DNA of 64,000 nt. Origin: Enoplolaimus lenunculus. Lineage: Eukaryota. The translations under genes were made by a program, and so were the position numbers. The stretch is from assembly GCA_030248215.1 (NCBI GenBank), contig JASANG010001329.1, positions 124,001 to 188,000 of the forward strand, written 5' to 3'. How positions within the stretch are numbered: the first letter of the stretch is position 1; each line of letters opens with the position of its first letter. The notes under the pieces are model-generated. The model made no database searches. It saw nothing but the letters and a program-made list of their open reading frames with translations, and was not told where the DNA came from. Positions 11,736 through 26,400 of this stretch are shown piece by piece.

Positions 11736-14700
11736 TACAAGTGCATAGTTTGTTCAGCGTATCAATATGGGGCATTAGGTTGAACGAAATGTACAATAAA
11801 CTAAGGCTTGAAACGGTGCAACGGACATAGCATTTGGAAGATAAGCTCTAACCAGTCCGAAGAATACCAGATTTCGAATACTTTTATCTATTTTTACACT
11901 TAAACATTCATATCTAGTTATGCTTATGCTTGGTTCGCGTTAAAACTGGCGTAGTTTGGAACATGTTGTGTCCCTATTACATTAGCAGGTAACATTTTGT
12001 CTGCACGTTAATCTGCTGTCGAATTAAAGATATCTGAGTTGTCTGCTATTCTTGTGTGACAGTTACCGTTTTCACTGCAACATCGTATGATATTCAACAT
12101 ATTGTCAGCCTGTATAATACGATATGTTTCGAAAGGTCTACCTACATACCTACCTTAAGTAACATACCAAAGTTGTCCTGTTGAATATGATATGATATTA
12201 AAAAATTGATATTTGAATTTCTTAGTACTTAGGAATATATATTTAGAAACCATTTTCGTTGGAAACGGAACGTGCTAATTCAGCGTTCGAAATCATTTAC
12301 TAATCCGTTTCCTGTTTTATTTAGTGCGCGCCCTGTCACAGTGATGCACAAACTTTAGAGGTAACATTTGGCATTTTAGACAAACCATAACTTGCAGACC
12401 AAACACACAAACCCCAAATTAATGCTAGAGACTTACCAGTGAAAATACGTTGGGCAACCACTATAACCCGTGTAAATAATTTATGTTATTTCGTTTACAT
12501 TACAGCGGTTTAGTTTACTGGATCAAGCATTAAGTTTGCTCGTTCTTCGAAAATAGTGAAGACCATCTGAGTTGGTTTCAAGAAATACTGAGTAGTTCAG
12601 AAAACAAAAATTTTGGGTAAAACATATTATAAGACATACTACCGTGTCCAGCTTATGAGTAGTGTGAATTATTATCGCACAATTTCGGAAAATATTTTTA
12701 AACTATATGCTGATCCCACGGGCCACGTAAATAGTTGTCATGATTAAACAATTGTTATTAACAGCAACCAATGATGGGCGTCAAAATTGGATATCACATG
12801 TCACCATTCTGCCAAAACCTTTAGCAATAACGGACCCCAAAGACCTGGCTCTCGGTTCTAATAGACCTGGCTAAGGTTTATATAGATCGGTTTAGGTGTA
12901 ATAGCTAAGGCATTTTAGGTTTTCGGGTCTCATGGGTACCTTGAAGCAATTGGTATGCTCGTTTTTCGTGTAGTGTCAAAATTTGACAACAAAGTTATTA
13001 TTTAACGTGTCAGATATTACGGGCGTATACATGGTTGACGAAACGGGATGATCCATTTTCGAAAATTCTAAAGACATAGCAAGTAAAACAAACGTTTTTA
13101 CATAATTTAGAATAACCTGTGTTAATAAAGTGAATATGATGTTATACCCACCCGTAATGAAGTCCTAGCTATGGTTCTGTCTCAAATGTAGCAAATTAGA
13201 GACAATATTTTAATCATCTATTTATATATAAATTAGGTTTTGCCTTTTGTTTAGAAATAATATTAAACCTGACACGTTTCACTTTGGAAGCTTTCATTGT
13301 AGTGTCATTAAAAGGATTAATACAGGGTTAATACAGAATTTAAGTGAACTCAAAATTTAAACAGCATTGTCTAAACAGAAACGGCAATTTTACCTCTAAA
13401 GTTTAGTGAAATGCGAAAACATGTGATTTTGGTAGGCTTGTAAACGCATTCAACCCATGCGAACAAGTGAGGAGCCAGGGAATATAGATGTTAATCCCAC
13501 TTTGCATTTTTGTTCATAGATTTCCAGATGTCTTGTTCAGGTGGTCCCCCAAGAAACCTTGCTTCAACATTAAATAGCACGAGACCTGGACCAGACTTAG
13601 GTTTTTGCAAAATTTTTTATATTTAGCAGCTTGAAAGTTTTCTAAGGCCCGACGAGCCTCTGAAACCATTAAAGCAATCTGACCAAAGGTGTAATAAAAA
13701 AGAAATCTTCTTACAAATGAAACGAGGGAGAAACCAGAAACCTGGTTAGGGAGTCTGCTGGGAGTACACCTTTATTGGACACAGTTAGAATACCAAAAAA
13801 ATATGCTTGCGAAACGTTGCATATGCTGCGTTTAATTTATAGCAAATAATGTACAAATAAATGTTGATGTGACTGCCACAGCAGCAAATTATAGATTCAG
13901 TTGGATCAAAATTCTGAACTCATATTTACCCTGGGAACCAAGGTCATATCCTAGTTAGACTATATATTATTAGCCCGACCTTTCACATAAAACCCTCTTT
14001 TGCAAAATCTTTGGCTCCGCCAATGCGTGGCATGGGCGAACATTTGAGTAATTTCTAGCTATGTCTAAAATTTTAGCAATGACAAAATGTCAACGTAAAC
14101 AACAATAGACGTGAATTCATGGCGAAAGCATACCTCAATTAAACAGGGATTATAAAGCTTATAAGTAATCAAAAAAACGTTTTACTTAAATGCGGCCAAC
14201 TTTTACCGTTAAACAAATGCATAAATTACCACGAAAGTCACAGTTCAATATGAAACTACTTTTTGAAGGTATCAAATTAGGCAGTTCCAGCATAGGCTTA
14301 TACCGAGGAAGATATAAAGAATACTCATATGAGAAATTTATGGATGGGCGAAAAAAAGCACTGTTAGAGGCATGAGATTAACTTGTTCAATTCTAGCGTC
14401 TAAAAATATTTTCCAGCTCGCAACGCTCGTTCGCATAAATTTTTCAAATTTTAACTATAAAGACACCGATATAACATCAGTGGCTACATTCCTGATTTCA
14501 GGCAAGACATATCAAAACCTACCATACCGCCTAATTACCTTTTCGATTTAAAAGTATATATATGACTTGATTAAGGTTAATCACAGCTATTAAACTTGGA
14601 TCCATATTTTAAACGTAAACTTTGCCAGCAAAAGCTCGTGCTGTCGATGTTTGATTATTCTAACGGAGCAGTAGCAGTTTAAAGTTTAATTATACGAATT

Positions 14701-14826
14701 TTGAAAATTTAAACGTCTCAGTTTAATTATCATTTAAATCCTCTCTCATCAATTTATTATTATATGCTAAACATTCGATATATATACACAATTGAGACAG
14801 TGGAACCACTTTAGTATAAATTCTGC

Positions 14827-15012
14827 GGCCAATGTCACTTTAAGGGGCGTAACAGTAGATTAAGCGTATTCCTAAGCCAAAGCCAAATCCTAAGCGTTGC
14901 ACAAAACGAGTTCCTAAGCCTAAGCCTAAGCAAAAAAATGTAATCTAGAATCTAGACCTACTCTTTTATAGACCCACCAGAAACCTGGACGCCCCTTAAA
15001 TTAACATGGGCC
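14827..15012 (-). mobile_element. TTAGGC-bearing Merlin-like MITE, family A
   Basis: TIRs GGCCAATGTCACTTTAAGGGGCGT / ACGCCCCTTAAATTAACATGGGCC. TSD AATTCTGC/AATTCTAC. Internal (GCCTAA)n. Confidence 0.9.
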
Positions 15013-16143
15013 AATTCTACGATGACTCAGTTGGGACAACCAGGTTCAGCACTGGGATGGAACCGATAGAGTGCGATGTATCGGCGTGAAACTCAGAAGA
15101 ATTTTAAGGGTTTAAAAATTGAAAAACCTAAATTGAATGGTTTTTCACGTGTCGTGCGGCAACGAAGTTTTTTTAAAATTTCTATACTACAAAATTTAAC
15201 ATTTTATCTTTTTCACCACTTTTAAATTTCAAAAATTGTGTGATATATTTAATAAAGTCTGAAGCATCAGCTCGCGTAAAACCAACAGCATCCAATCCAA
15301 ACAAATCCCACTTGAACGAAGCAAAGCTTTTTCACGCTAGGCAAACCTAAAGCCAAGCCAGTTAACCAGACCAGGTAAAACAGGTAAATCTACAGTAAGA
15401 CATACCACAAATCGTTCTCTACTTGAGCTTGAAATTTACCTGAAGCCATACGCCTGAAATGTACGCAGGACGGTAAGGAAACACTATAACCAACTGCTGC
15501 TGCTAAAAAGTAACAATTATATGAAAATTCTACATTTTAAGCTTGTATATTTATGAAATATAAGTTCTGAGATGAATCTATGGATTTTCAAAGTTAATAT
15601 TGTCGAAATTTTTAAAACATACTTTGCAGAAGCAGTTCATAATTTTGTGACCATCGACACAGCCAAGATTTCTGATTACTGAAAGCCACAAAAAATGGTT
15701 TGTGTTTAGAAGCCGAGGCCAGCTCTAACAATTCCCTTGCACATGAGCCAAATTTAAGGACTATAAATGACTTTCATATCGACAATTGCAGGCCAACAAA
15801 AGTGCTAAGTTAAACTGTCACAACATATTAATCGGTAACTAAGGTTTGAACTTGTAGTATGGTACATACCTTGAATTAGAATATTCCAATCATCACCGAC
15901 GTGTCAAGATTTCATTATTGCAAAACAAAATCAGCACGAAATTGGGGACATCGCAAGCCAGTAGGCCAAATAGTCATGAAGAAACGGTTTTACAAATTTC
16001 TGTTAATAGGTACATGTTTAGCTGAGACAAATTGATTGTATGCGCTGTAGCTATGTATTTATTGCAGCATCGCGTTAACCAATATCTTCGCTATACGCCA
16101 TTTAACCAAACGCACCCATAAAAGGTGTATAAATCTGACTTGC

Positions 16144-16320
16144 CAGTGGCGCATCTAGAAATTTTTTGACGAGGTCGCGCAATATATAAAAGTGCAAAAC
16201 AGCCCGCAAGCGAAGCAATCGAGCAGCAAAACAAATTAGTACGAAATCTTTATACAAAATTTTGGTTTTAATGATCTTTGAAAATAATTCACTATGTTTG
16301 GGGGCGGTGTCCCCTTTGAT
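16144..16320 (-). mobile_element. Old hAT-like MITE (family F)
   Basis: CAGTGGCGCATCTAGAAATT terminus. Body is similar to the reverse complement of 58040-58204. Confidence 0.5.
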
Positions 16321-17002
16321 GTGTTCAGTGTAGCACACGGGCTAGAAACGTGAGATCCCCATAAAAGGTATATACACGCACAAAGCTGACCGGTTTTGAA
16401 ACCAGGAGAGATCTTTTCTCATAGTCTACGGTTGGGTTTGCATATATGTACTAAATACAACTGAAACGAAGATACACCTTATATGCCTTTTACCGGTACA
16501 GGCAAAATGCCGGTAGAAATTGGATTTCTCATATACCCCGTATATACAGAGCCAGGAACATTATAAAAGCCCCACCAAAGCATAGTGTTGCTGGGAACGG
16601 CTATACGGTTAGGGGCTCACCTTATATACCTATCTGTCTACCTATACCTTCTCTCTCGTACCTTTAATGCGCGTACGTAAGCGAAAATGCGCGTTAAAAA
16701 TAAATGCGGGTTCGCGGTGTGTATGATGTATGCCTAAACAAAGTCCTTTTTGCGTTTTGTTTTGCTGAAGGTTCGCAGTCTGTTTCTAGAAAGTGGCAGG
16801 GAGAGCGAAACTAAGTGTAATTCAACCAACAAAAGATAGGTGAAATTGTGGTATTCGGTAGTTCTTGTACCCGGTACTAATATTTGGACAGGTTTGAATT
16901 GATAGAGGATGCAATGATATAAGAGCCGGATAACGAATTCAAATCTAATACTAAATTGCATTTAAATATCAGAATGTAGCTTACAATTCTTTCTGCTGTG
17001 GC

Positions 17003-17200
17003 CAGCTGCGGATCCAAATTTCTGACAGGAGGGCGGTGTGGCAACGTTATGAACCGTAAAAATTTTAAGGTAGAAACCTTATCATTTTATCGCCAAAAAA
17101 TTTGGTTAGATGGAAAAATTGTAAGGTAAAGACCTTATCATTTTATCACCAAAAACTTTCTTGAAGCTTTCGAACCTGAGAGTTGCCGGGTCAGAAATTT
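17003..17200 (-). mobile_element. hAT-like MITE family D, partial
   Basis: CAGCTGCGGATCCAAATTTCTGAC terminus and AAGGT..ACCTTATCATTTTATC.CCAAAAA subrepeats are the reverse complement of those in 45383-45710 and 55017-55273. Confidence 0.65.
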
Positions 17201-17214
17201 AGACCATCGTTCGC

Positions 17215-17330
17215 TTTTGATTTGTGCTACTTGTGTGCCAATTTTGAGATGCGCTCTTGCAGGAGTTTCCAATTCAGTGTTAAATATCTAGCGCTAACTG
17301 AGAGCTTTACACATTTGAGAATACGGACAC
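17215..17330 (+). mobile_element. Harbinger-like MITE family G, partial
   Basis: Ends TACACATTTGAGAATACGG. TTTGATTTGTGCTACTT...CCAATTTTGAG is shared with 52106-52326. Confidence 0.5.
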
Positions 17331-19773
17331 TTGTATCCGGTATGAATATTGGGACATGTTGAAACTATTCGAGATTATAAAGCCAAAAATAATCGGTGTT
17401 CATGAAAAATAACCAAAATCCCATCTGAAAGAAATAAAAGTCAAAAACTAAATTTAAATTATATACATTTTACTTTACAACTTTAGTAACAGACTAAAGC
17501 AAAAGGGTTAAAAAGTAGATGCATTTTTTCTGGTACCAATATTAAGCTGATTGAATTGTAAATGACCGGTTATGAGTGTGACGATAAAATTTTTACAGTT
17601 TCTTGATTTAAGTTTAGGTGCCGTTATCAGCGTAGTGGCAGCAGCAGTCTCAAAAATTTCTAATTGGCGGGGGCTGGCAAGTTATGGAACACAATTTTTA
17701 CTGCATGCAATATATGTACCAATTGTCTGAGGGAAAAAATGTAAGGTAGTAAGGTACATTACCATTTTATCACAAATAAGTTTCTGACGGAAGCCAAGGG
17801 GGACCAGGGGGGCGCTCCCCCCCTAGAGAAAATTTCCCCCCCCCCCCTAGACTTTACTCTTCCCCGTCTGCGGGTCCGGGCTGTACCCATTCTCCGTACC
17901 AACTAAGAACTCACTCGAGTTCCGCTTCGAGTTCTGAAGCTAGAGGCTTAAAACGGCACAAACCCCCCTAATCCGCCTATACTATCACGACTCGCAACCT
18001 AAATTTACCCATTACATTTATAAAAATAAAAATATTCATGAGAGAGGTATATTTTACATGTTGATTAGTTTATTATCAAAAAAACACACAATAATATGTA
18101 CCATATTGATCTAGTTTCCTCCGCAGCAATTCTTTACAACCACATTTTTTGAACAAATGCGTTTCAAGTTCAAAGATATACCATTAAAATTTTTTTGATT
18201 AAACCAACGTTCATGCAAATGTTGGGACGGGTACTCCTGGTACATTTCTGTCCCGGGAAAATGGGACGGCCTTTAGGGTAACATTGGCCTAAATGTTAAT
18301 AGTAAATCATCTATCTTGCAGATGCAAAACCCGACAAACCTGTTCGAAAATACGGGCATTACTTCTTCGCCGAATACCGGCAGGAAATCTAAGAACCCAA
18401 ATATATATAACCGCCGTCGTTTACTTTTAAGATTAACACAAGAGAATACAAACGACAGTAAAAGCAATGCTTGTGCACTTTAAACTCAAAATTCTGCCAA
18501 CTGGCAAAGGAGCTTATTACACAAAACCACTCTGAGAGTAGTGATAACAGATAAGCCGTTCATGTATGCGGTTAAACCTGTTTGCATTTTCGAACGAAAC
18601 GCATCAAATAACCTTGAGAAATTGCACTGACGCAAAAGCATACAAGTAGGTTAAGACCAAACGACGCAGGGGTAGGTCCGTAACGTTTGAATGGTGGTAT
18701 TAAAAGCCAAACAGATAGGGCCAGAAAATTCACCGAACTAATTTATGCTTCACTTCTGTCAGGTAAAGCCACTGACTTATTGAAACATCGTAAACGATTC
18801 ATTAGTTCTATCGTTAGACAAAACTTGTGTTTGGGTCGTTTTTCGGTAACAACCTCAGCGCCAGTGCTGTATAGAAGAAATTGGTCATGCACCACACGTT
18901 TAAAATTTTTACGCTTTCAGCACTATTTATATATCACTATAATGTCGTGATACTTAACTAATGTGAATGGTTTCAAAATTATAAAATCTTAACGCTGACT
19001 TTACCAGTTTTACCAAATTTAAACAAAATATCCTCTGCCAAAAAATTCTTTAAATCGCTACCGAGTTTACATTCTCGAGCCACCCTATCGAGCGGTCGGG
19101 TAAATAGAAACACCTTTAAACTGTCCTTACCTAAAAGTGGTTGTCCCCGTCTAATCAAACAAGCCGCTGCAACGTTGCCTAAAATTCAAGAACGCAACCT
19201 GAGATGACCTGACTGCTGGCTGAAATCTTCAAGATTTCCTTGTGTCCGTGTCTGTGTGTACGCGCATTTCAAGATAGAATTATCGTTTAAAGCGTCTGGG
19301 AAGACAAAGTGCTGCCTTACTTAGGATGTTAAAAATTATTTTCCATCCTATATTGGATGACTAAAGAGACAATAATAAGTACTTATATCAAACGGGGGTT
19401 ATCGGAGCAAGAAAGGGGTTTGGTTCGCTGTACCCTCTGTAACAGTTCAAAGACCGTTTGCCGACAATTATTACAGTATTACTCGATGAATAATCTAATA
19501 GGCTAAGATCTTAATGGTTTGTCCTAAATCATAGGGGATGCGTTCTCATCCGACGTTGAAGTTTCATGGATCCATCAAGTGGTGTATCCAAAGATTTTGA
19601 ACTGGGACTCCGCGGAATGTATAATAGTGAAAAAGCTCACAGCAAAGCGACTGAGAAGCCAAACACAACTTTTACACTAAAATCTTCTATACCAAGTGTT
19701 GCTTTTGATTCCTGTTGTGGGGCTCATCGCATTGATGGCACCTTTGGAACAGCCATATATAGATCCATTGTTG

Positions 19774-19972
19774 GGCCCATGTTACTTTAAGGGGCGCCCA
19801 GGTTTCTGATGGGTCCATAAAAGAGTACGTTTAGATTCTAGATTAACATTTTTTGCTTACGCGTAGGCTTAGGCTTAGGCTTAGGAACACATTTTTGCAA
19901 CGCTTAGGCGCTTAGGCTTAGGCTTAGGAATACGCTTAATCTACTGTTACGCCCCTTAATGTAACATTGACC
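19774..19972 (+). mobile_element. TTAGGC-bearing Merlin-like MITE, family A
   Basis: TIRs GGCCCATGTTACTTTAAGGGGCG / CGCCCCTTAATGTAACATTGACC. Perfect TSD CATTGTTG. Confidence 0.92.
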
Positions 19973-20494
19973 CATTGTTGTATATATAATCTATATCATC
20001 TCAATTCCTTAAGGCAACATCATGTTTACTGATGTCCAGTTTGCTTATAGCTTAGGCTCAGGGCCGATGGTTGCTCTACTTGCACCGGCATTAAATTATT
20101 TACTGATCTCATTAAAAGGTATTTGTTTTCAGCCGTGCGTTCATGTATACCGTTGTAGCATGTTGCCTGGCCTACACCCTCCATCTCTGTCCGGCGCTTC
20201 TTATATTCCAATACGAGAAATGTAAATTTGGAAGTGCTTAAAAGTGGTTATAAGGTTAATATATCAGGTTAACAAGATATATTTGAGATAGCGCGTTGCG
20301 GACAGCGACGAATCCAGGCACAGGCTCAGCTCAGAGATGGGAATGGGAAGTGCGGCTCCGTGTGCCTCCTTCAGCTTAATATGAAAGTAAGTAAATGCAA
20401 CGATAAAATAGATTATACCGAACCTTATATAAGAATAATCAACATAGAAATCACTCAAAATCATCTAATTTTTTAGTTATATCGCTGGTATACA

Positions 20495-20747
20495 CACTGT
20501 AAATTTCAGTGAGTTGATTTTAACTCAGAATAAGTTGAATCCCTCAGTTTAAGTTAGGCCTATCAGAACTCAGAATTTTAAGTTGATTTAATTCATTCTG
20601 AGTTAATTAATCTACTCACCCAGAGTCAACCCAACTCAAAGCAAGAATAAACTCAACTCAGAGTGAGTTAATGTTTACTGATATTTAATTCAGTAACAAT
20701 TAACTCGCTAGCTGAATTGATTATTCAACTCATTGGAATTTACAGTG
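20495..20747. mobile_element. CACTG-type (EnSpm/CMC-like) MITE, family C2
   Basis: TIRs CACTGTAAATTTCAGTGAGTTGA / TCAACTCATTGGAATTTACAGTG. Interior built from AACTCA/TGAGTT motifs. Flanks CA/TA. Confidence 0.8.
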
Positions 20748-23122
20748 TATATCTTAGTCAGGATTCGGGGCACCGGCACTAAACCAGCAAAAACGGGGTT
20801 TTCCTGTCTTTTCCGTTTTTCCAAAGATGTGAAAAAACAGAAGCAACGGAAAAACTTTTTAAAATAAAACATGCGCCGCTGTAAACTGTAAGAAACTGGC
20901 TTTAACTACGCCTCCCATCCGGAACGAGTTTCACTAAAGTGTCAGTTACTCGTATTTACTAGATTTTGCAGCGTTTGGGTTGGATTGGATATACCAGACG
21001 GTTTGCTGCTTGCGTTCACTGTATCTACCCGTGATGGAGTTAAAACTAAACTTCTGACTAAAGCTATGTTAACAACGAAACTACAATTGAACTCAAAACA
21101 CAAGTTTGCGTCCAACGCGTTGGCAGAACCATTTCACAGACATCTGGCACTAACGTGTACCCTATGCTTTGTCATGTGTTATAAAATGTTGATGGCACCA
21201 GAGTTAGCATCAATTAACGTTTTTGCATTTGTTGAAGAACGATTACACGATTTTCAATTTTTCCGTTTTTAAATCAACCTCCCTTATAGCCATACCCTTC
21301 TTTTGAGAGTATAGGTTGAGTAAAAGTATTTTCGAACTATCACAGTAAGCTGCGAAATTTTTAGCTCTTTAGAAACCAGTAAATTAATTCTAAAGCCTAT
21401 AAAAGATGTCTATATTTCTTTATTAGTTTGATGTAATTTGCAGGTATTCGCAGGTATGTGCGTACTACATTGTACATTTTTGTGTTTGCCGACAATACTT
21501 ATATAATCCTAAAGTGTTGTCGTATGATATTTAGGTTGTAGCGCAGTCGCGAGACGAACTCGGATGAGAGAACCTGAAATAATGAAAATATGAAAATTTT
21601 GGTTTTGTATGAATGAAGATCGACATTTAGGCTCGACAAATGAATTATTTACCGGCGGCAAATTTCAAATAAACTAGATACATCTTCGCGATTTGTTGTT
21701 TGCTGATGACAAAATTAACGTTGCGTATGATGAGATTATAGGCACCGACGTGAACAGTAGAGGTACTCATAGTATTAAGCAGCATGTTGTTTTTTCTTGG
21801 TCAACACACTGCCGAGGTTAGCACCCCCTACCCAGTACAGGGGCCTGACTGGCTCACCGAATGTTTGGTTGCTGTCAATACTGCTCCGTACCAGTCATAG
21901 AGAGCCTGGGGTGGTTTGAGCGCAAAGGTACAAACCGAATTTGTATAAAATTTCATATATCACCTACTTAGCCCTATAATTTCAGTATGGGGGCGAATTT
22001 GTTAAAACCGGCCCGGGAACGCTTACACTAGGGCTTCTTGGATCATAGGAGCCTCTCGAGGCCTAACCTCAGCCCTGGGCTAACTATTAATTTAAACTTT
22101 TTTGCAACATTTTTAAGCGACAGGCATATTATTAAGATTTTATTAAAGTACGTTGGGTGACCAACTTGTAATTTTAATCTATTGATGCGTGAACTTATTA
22201 ACAACGCTGTAATGTGGCAGCTATACAATTTTTACTTTTTCAGTGCCTTATAGCATCATACAGTGATTTGAGTGCATCGTCACGCGTCATCGTTTGAAAG
22301 GACTGGCACGGCACTGCAAAGTAACACAAAACCAATTTTTAAAAATTTTATTTGCGAAACCGTATGGGCGTGTAACATGTATGGCGCCACCCCTATACTG
22401 CAGATCCAAAAGTGAACCAGAATAAGAAATTTTCCTGCCAATATATAAATATATTTATTTATTTACTTATAATATTTACCTCAGTGCCGTAACAGCCATT
22501 CAGACGGACAGATCTGCTAAAATGAACCATATCTACCATTCGGTGTTGTTGTCTTCTTTGCTATCCGCAAACCATATAGGTGCGGCTAAGTTCATTTAGA
22601 TTTATTAAATCTTCTAATTTCAAAACATATATTATACACCATTTGCAAAACAACATCCACAGGCAGCAATATGCTTTTAGCTGACAGACATCCTTGAAAC
22701 TGTGAAAAAATTTTCATATCCTCAATGAAAATTTATGTTATTAGAAAAGCTTTTTCTCCATCCATAAAACAATTCTTTGCTCCCGCTGTTACCATTTTCA
22801 AACAGGATGAACCCTCCATTCTAGAAATTCCAATGCTCTTTCGTTTCGGTTTCCTGTTCCCGATTCTGTATGGCAGTGTCTAAGAAGGTAATCACATCAT
22901 AACCACGTAAAGCATGTCGCATCCTATTAGATGATATATATATGCTTGGTTTTGGTTGATATGTTTAGCGTTCAATTGGGTTTATCCTGACGCCGGTAAG
23001 AAACGTGAAAACTCACCACCGCCATTGGGTCTAAAGGATATGAGTCATCGTTATGTTGCAGTTTGCTACTTTGTTTACCTTATTATTCCACCGGTCAGAG
23101 GTACTGCAGTTACTGGTGGATT

Positions 23123-23318
23123 GGCCCATGTTACTTTAAGGGGCGTCCAGGTTTCTGGTGGGTCTATAAAAGAGTAGTTTTAGATTCCAGATTACATTTT
23201 TTGCTTAGGCTTAGGCTTAGGCTTAGGCTTAGGAATTCATTTTTGCAACGTTTATGCTTAGGCTTAGGCTTAAGAATGCGCTTAATCTACAGTTACGCCC
23301 TTTAAAGTAACATTGGCC
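23123..23318 (+). mobile_element. TTAGGC-bearing Merlin-like MITE, family A
   Basis: TIRs GGCCCATGTTACTTTAAGGGGCGT / ACGCCCTTTAAAGTAACATTGGCC. Perfect TSD GGTGGATT. Has one of the cleanest TTAGGC runs in the window (23203-23233). Confidence 0.93.
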
Positions 23319-23332
23319 GGTGGATTCAAGGG

Positions 23333-23449
23333 CAGGGCCATTCAGACATTGACCCCCCAACAGTGATCGAAACCAAAATTTTCGTGTAAGGTTTAGCATT
23401 AAACTTGCGTTTGGTTTCTCGACCGATAAAAATTTCTGGACTCCGATTG
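23333..23449 (+). mobile_element. Old hAT-like MITE (family F), short copy
   Basis: AAGGTTTAGCATTAAACTTGCGTTTGGTTTCTCGA...AAATTTCTGG matches 58090-58192. Confidence 0.45.
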
Positions 23450-26400
23450 ACTGCAATAGAGTTTATAATTTTTAAACTTTAGAGTAATCTTTTACTTAAA
23501 CTTAGGCTTAGGTTTAGCTTTTGACTTACACGTACACTGAAGTTATTACGTTTGGACTTGGGTTTGGGCTTTAGGAATATAGTTTTTGGCGAAAATCTGA
23601 TGACGTATGATATGACTTTTTTATATACAACTTTGATAACTTTGATATATATAAACAATAAGCCTTTAGTGCCTGTCTTGAATCACAATCAAGTATTATT
23701 ACGAGGTATTGAACTTAAATATGAAACGTTTATGAATAAAGAATACATTTTTCATCCGAAGAGCTGGAAAATGCTGAACCATACAAATAGTTATGTTGAA
23801 CCATACGAAATACGCCTTGGTGGTTTATGGCATTGATCCTGAGGCGTAACCAGAGTAAAATTTATTTCGGTTGTAATAAATATGGTTTAGAAATAACCAG
23901 TTAATTTCGGTGCCAACTGTAAAACCAATACATTTGTTCTGGCACACCTCAAACCAAAACACTGCTTCATTAAAGGTAATTGCAATAACGTCGAATTGTA
24001 TATTTTCGAGTCACAATTTAAAAAAAACTGAAGCCAAAAATATGTTAAGCTTAAAATTTAAACGAATTAAATTCACGAAAGCTACAAAACTTTGTTCATA
24101 ACTCGTACAGCCAAGGAACACTATCCTACTGTTAGCTCCTCATCAAGTATGACCAGGTATTTTGCCGAGAATATACCTGTCGAACGCTACCGTAAACCAG
24201 GTAAATTACCCACGCAGAAACATATAAACAAGGCGCAGGTAAACGTGTAGGCATATCGGGAAAGCTTAACAGCGACTACGGTATTAAATTGAGTTGGTAT
24301 CGGCCATTTGGATTTAGATAAATTATAAGGTGGCGTTTTTTCGGTGCTACATCCCTTGGCCAGGTGCACAAAACCTGATCTAAAAGCGAAGGTAGCCACA
24401 TACGGTGGATCCAGATATAAAGTAGCGGAAGACACCTCGCGATCGAAGCGAACCAAAAGCCAAACGCAATTTTGATAACTGGCAATGCAACGAACCTTAC
24501 TAACCTTACTAATTTTTAGTACAATTGCTCATTCTATGTTTTTGAAAATTTTTTGACTTCGAATACGAACGAGGCTTAAAAACGGCTGCTGGCTCGGCGA
24601 AATTTGCAGACCAAATATATTAAGATAAATATTAAGCAAACACGCTTTAAAAATGTTGAAGTTTCACAACACGAAACCATCCTCTGCGCTAAAAACTCCT
24701 ACTGGATTAAGATCGAGGTTTAGGTTGATACTGTGTACCTTGAGTCCTGATCCAAAATGTTTTTGCTTGTAAATTAAACTTTCAAGTTGCAGAAGCAGTA
24801 GCGGCTTACGGACCTTATGGACTGTCACAGTCGTCTTCTCTATAGTTACCGTCCTGCTCGCGTAATTGTATCAAAGCGCAACGGGAACAATACGATGTAC
24901 CGTAGTGAATTGCACAAACTGCAGTAAAACAAAAACAGGCAATAAATGCTTTGCACTCACAGTCAAACTATAACACCTTGCGACTTTATAAGCGATCTCT
25001 TTGAAGCAATTTAGCTTTTATCATTGGCCTTCACATTTTAGTTCAACTGTCTCTATATGTCAGTCGAGTTAAATTTGCTACTGGGGATTGCAGAATCGAA
25101 TAATATTTAGACTTATTTTAGTTTATAGACATCCATCTGTCATCTATTTTCAACGGTTATTCTATCTAAACCGCGAGTTGATGTATTGGTTAGAAATGTA
25201 GCGGGTCGAACGTTAAAGGCGATCGGAAAGAAGACGATGGAAGGTGTGTAGCGGTGCTAAATGTGGAAAATCTTTGCTGTTAAAGCTTGCGTTATTTTGA
25301 GTTGAGTAATTGGTTAAAAAGTATGTATAATTTCATAAAGTTTGTGTTTGAATAAACATTACAAGAAATATGTAAAAGCAACTAAAGTACTGATGTTTTC
25401 AAGCTCGACATCTTAACATTTGGAGTGTGATACCACATTTTTGACGGCACGTAGCCATGAGAGGGCAAATATCACAAGCCAAAGTTCAAAAATTTTAAAG
25501 AACTCTTGCAAAGGTTTTTGTCTGTCTAATAAAAAGCCACTAAATCCTCTCAACGCTTGAGCTAAAATTTGTTGTACCTTTTAATATTTTGAGCAAGCTA
25601 CGGTGCTAAAATGAAGGACAAGCGAAAAACGTAACGTGGAAAACGTTCGCCTTAAGGTTACATAACGTTTTGAGTTGAATAGCTCAATAAATTGACGTTC
25701 AATGTTGCTATTTGAGTAAAAAGATATGACGTGCTCAAATCCATTATGTTTTACTATTAATCACTAGGACGTTAATAGCACAAATTGTTATTCAGGCCAT
25801 CTCAAACAACTATTGGAATGCAATAAGGAAGTGTACAGTAGGTATTATATATCATTGCAAAATACCCCTGACAAGATGCTAAAATACAGGAACAATCATC
25901 ACATTTAGCGTTTGACCGAAGATAATTCTTGCCGCATACTTGCAAAAATTCTGTGATATTAAAGTTTATACCCTTCCGAAATGAAATCCTTTCTGGATAT
26001 GCTCTTGATGAACATAGCGGCTAACGTGATACCACAGTTCCAGAGGCACACATATCACTAGATAAATCGCGGCATAAACACTTAGGATTCAAGTTTTGCC
26101 CCTTACAAAACGAAATAATAACTACGCTCTAACAGGCATAGTACACAAGCGATACTACCTTTGCTCATACTCATTCTACAGGATATATTGTGGTGTATAC
26201 GAACCGTAGGACAAAAGACGAATATACCGTTATGAGATGCAACCGGTTAATTAAATTTTCTTCCGGTAAAAGTATATCGCAGGCAAAAGCTTAAATTTTA
26301 ATCAAGAATATTGCCGTATGCTTTAGCGGCGTGTCAGATATTGTGAGGTTTATATATTAAAACCGACGGAAAAGCTAAATGGAATTATACCTGGCGCAAT

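Noticed and set aside
23203..23233. True telomere or chromosome-fusion relic
   Set aside because: Arrays are short, enclosed in TIR/TSD-bounded elements, and occur in both orientations.
23063..23305. ORFs with LRLRLR/LGLGL tracts (also 29631, 33985, 49662, 57225)
   Set aside because: They are translations of the TTAGGC arrays in MITE families A and B.
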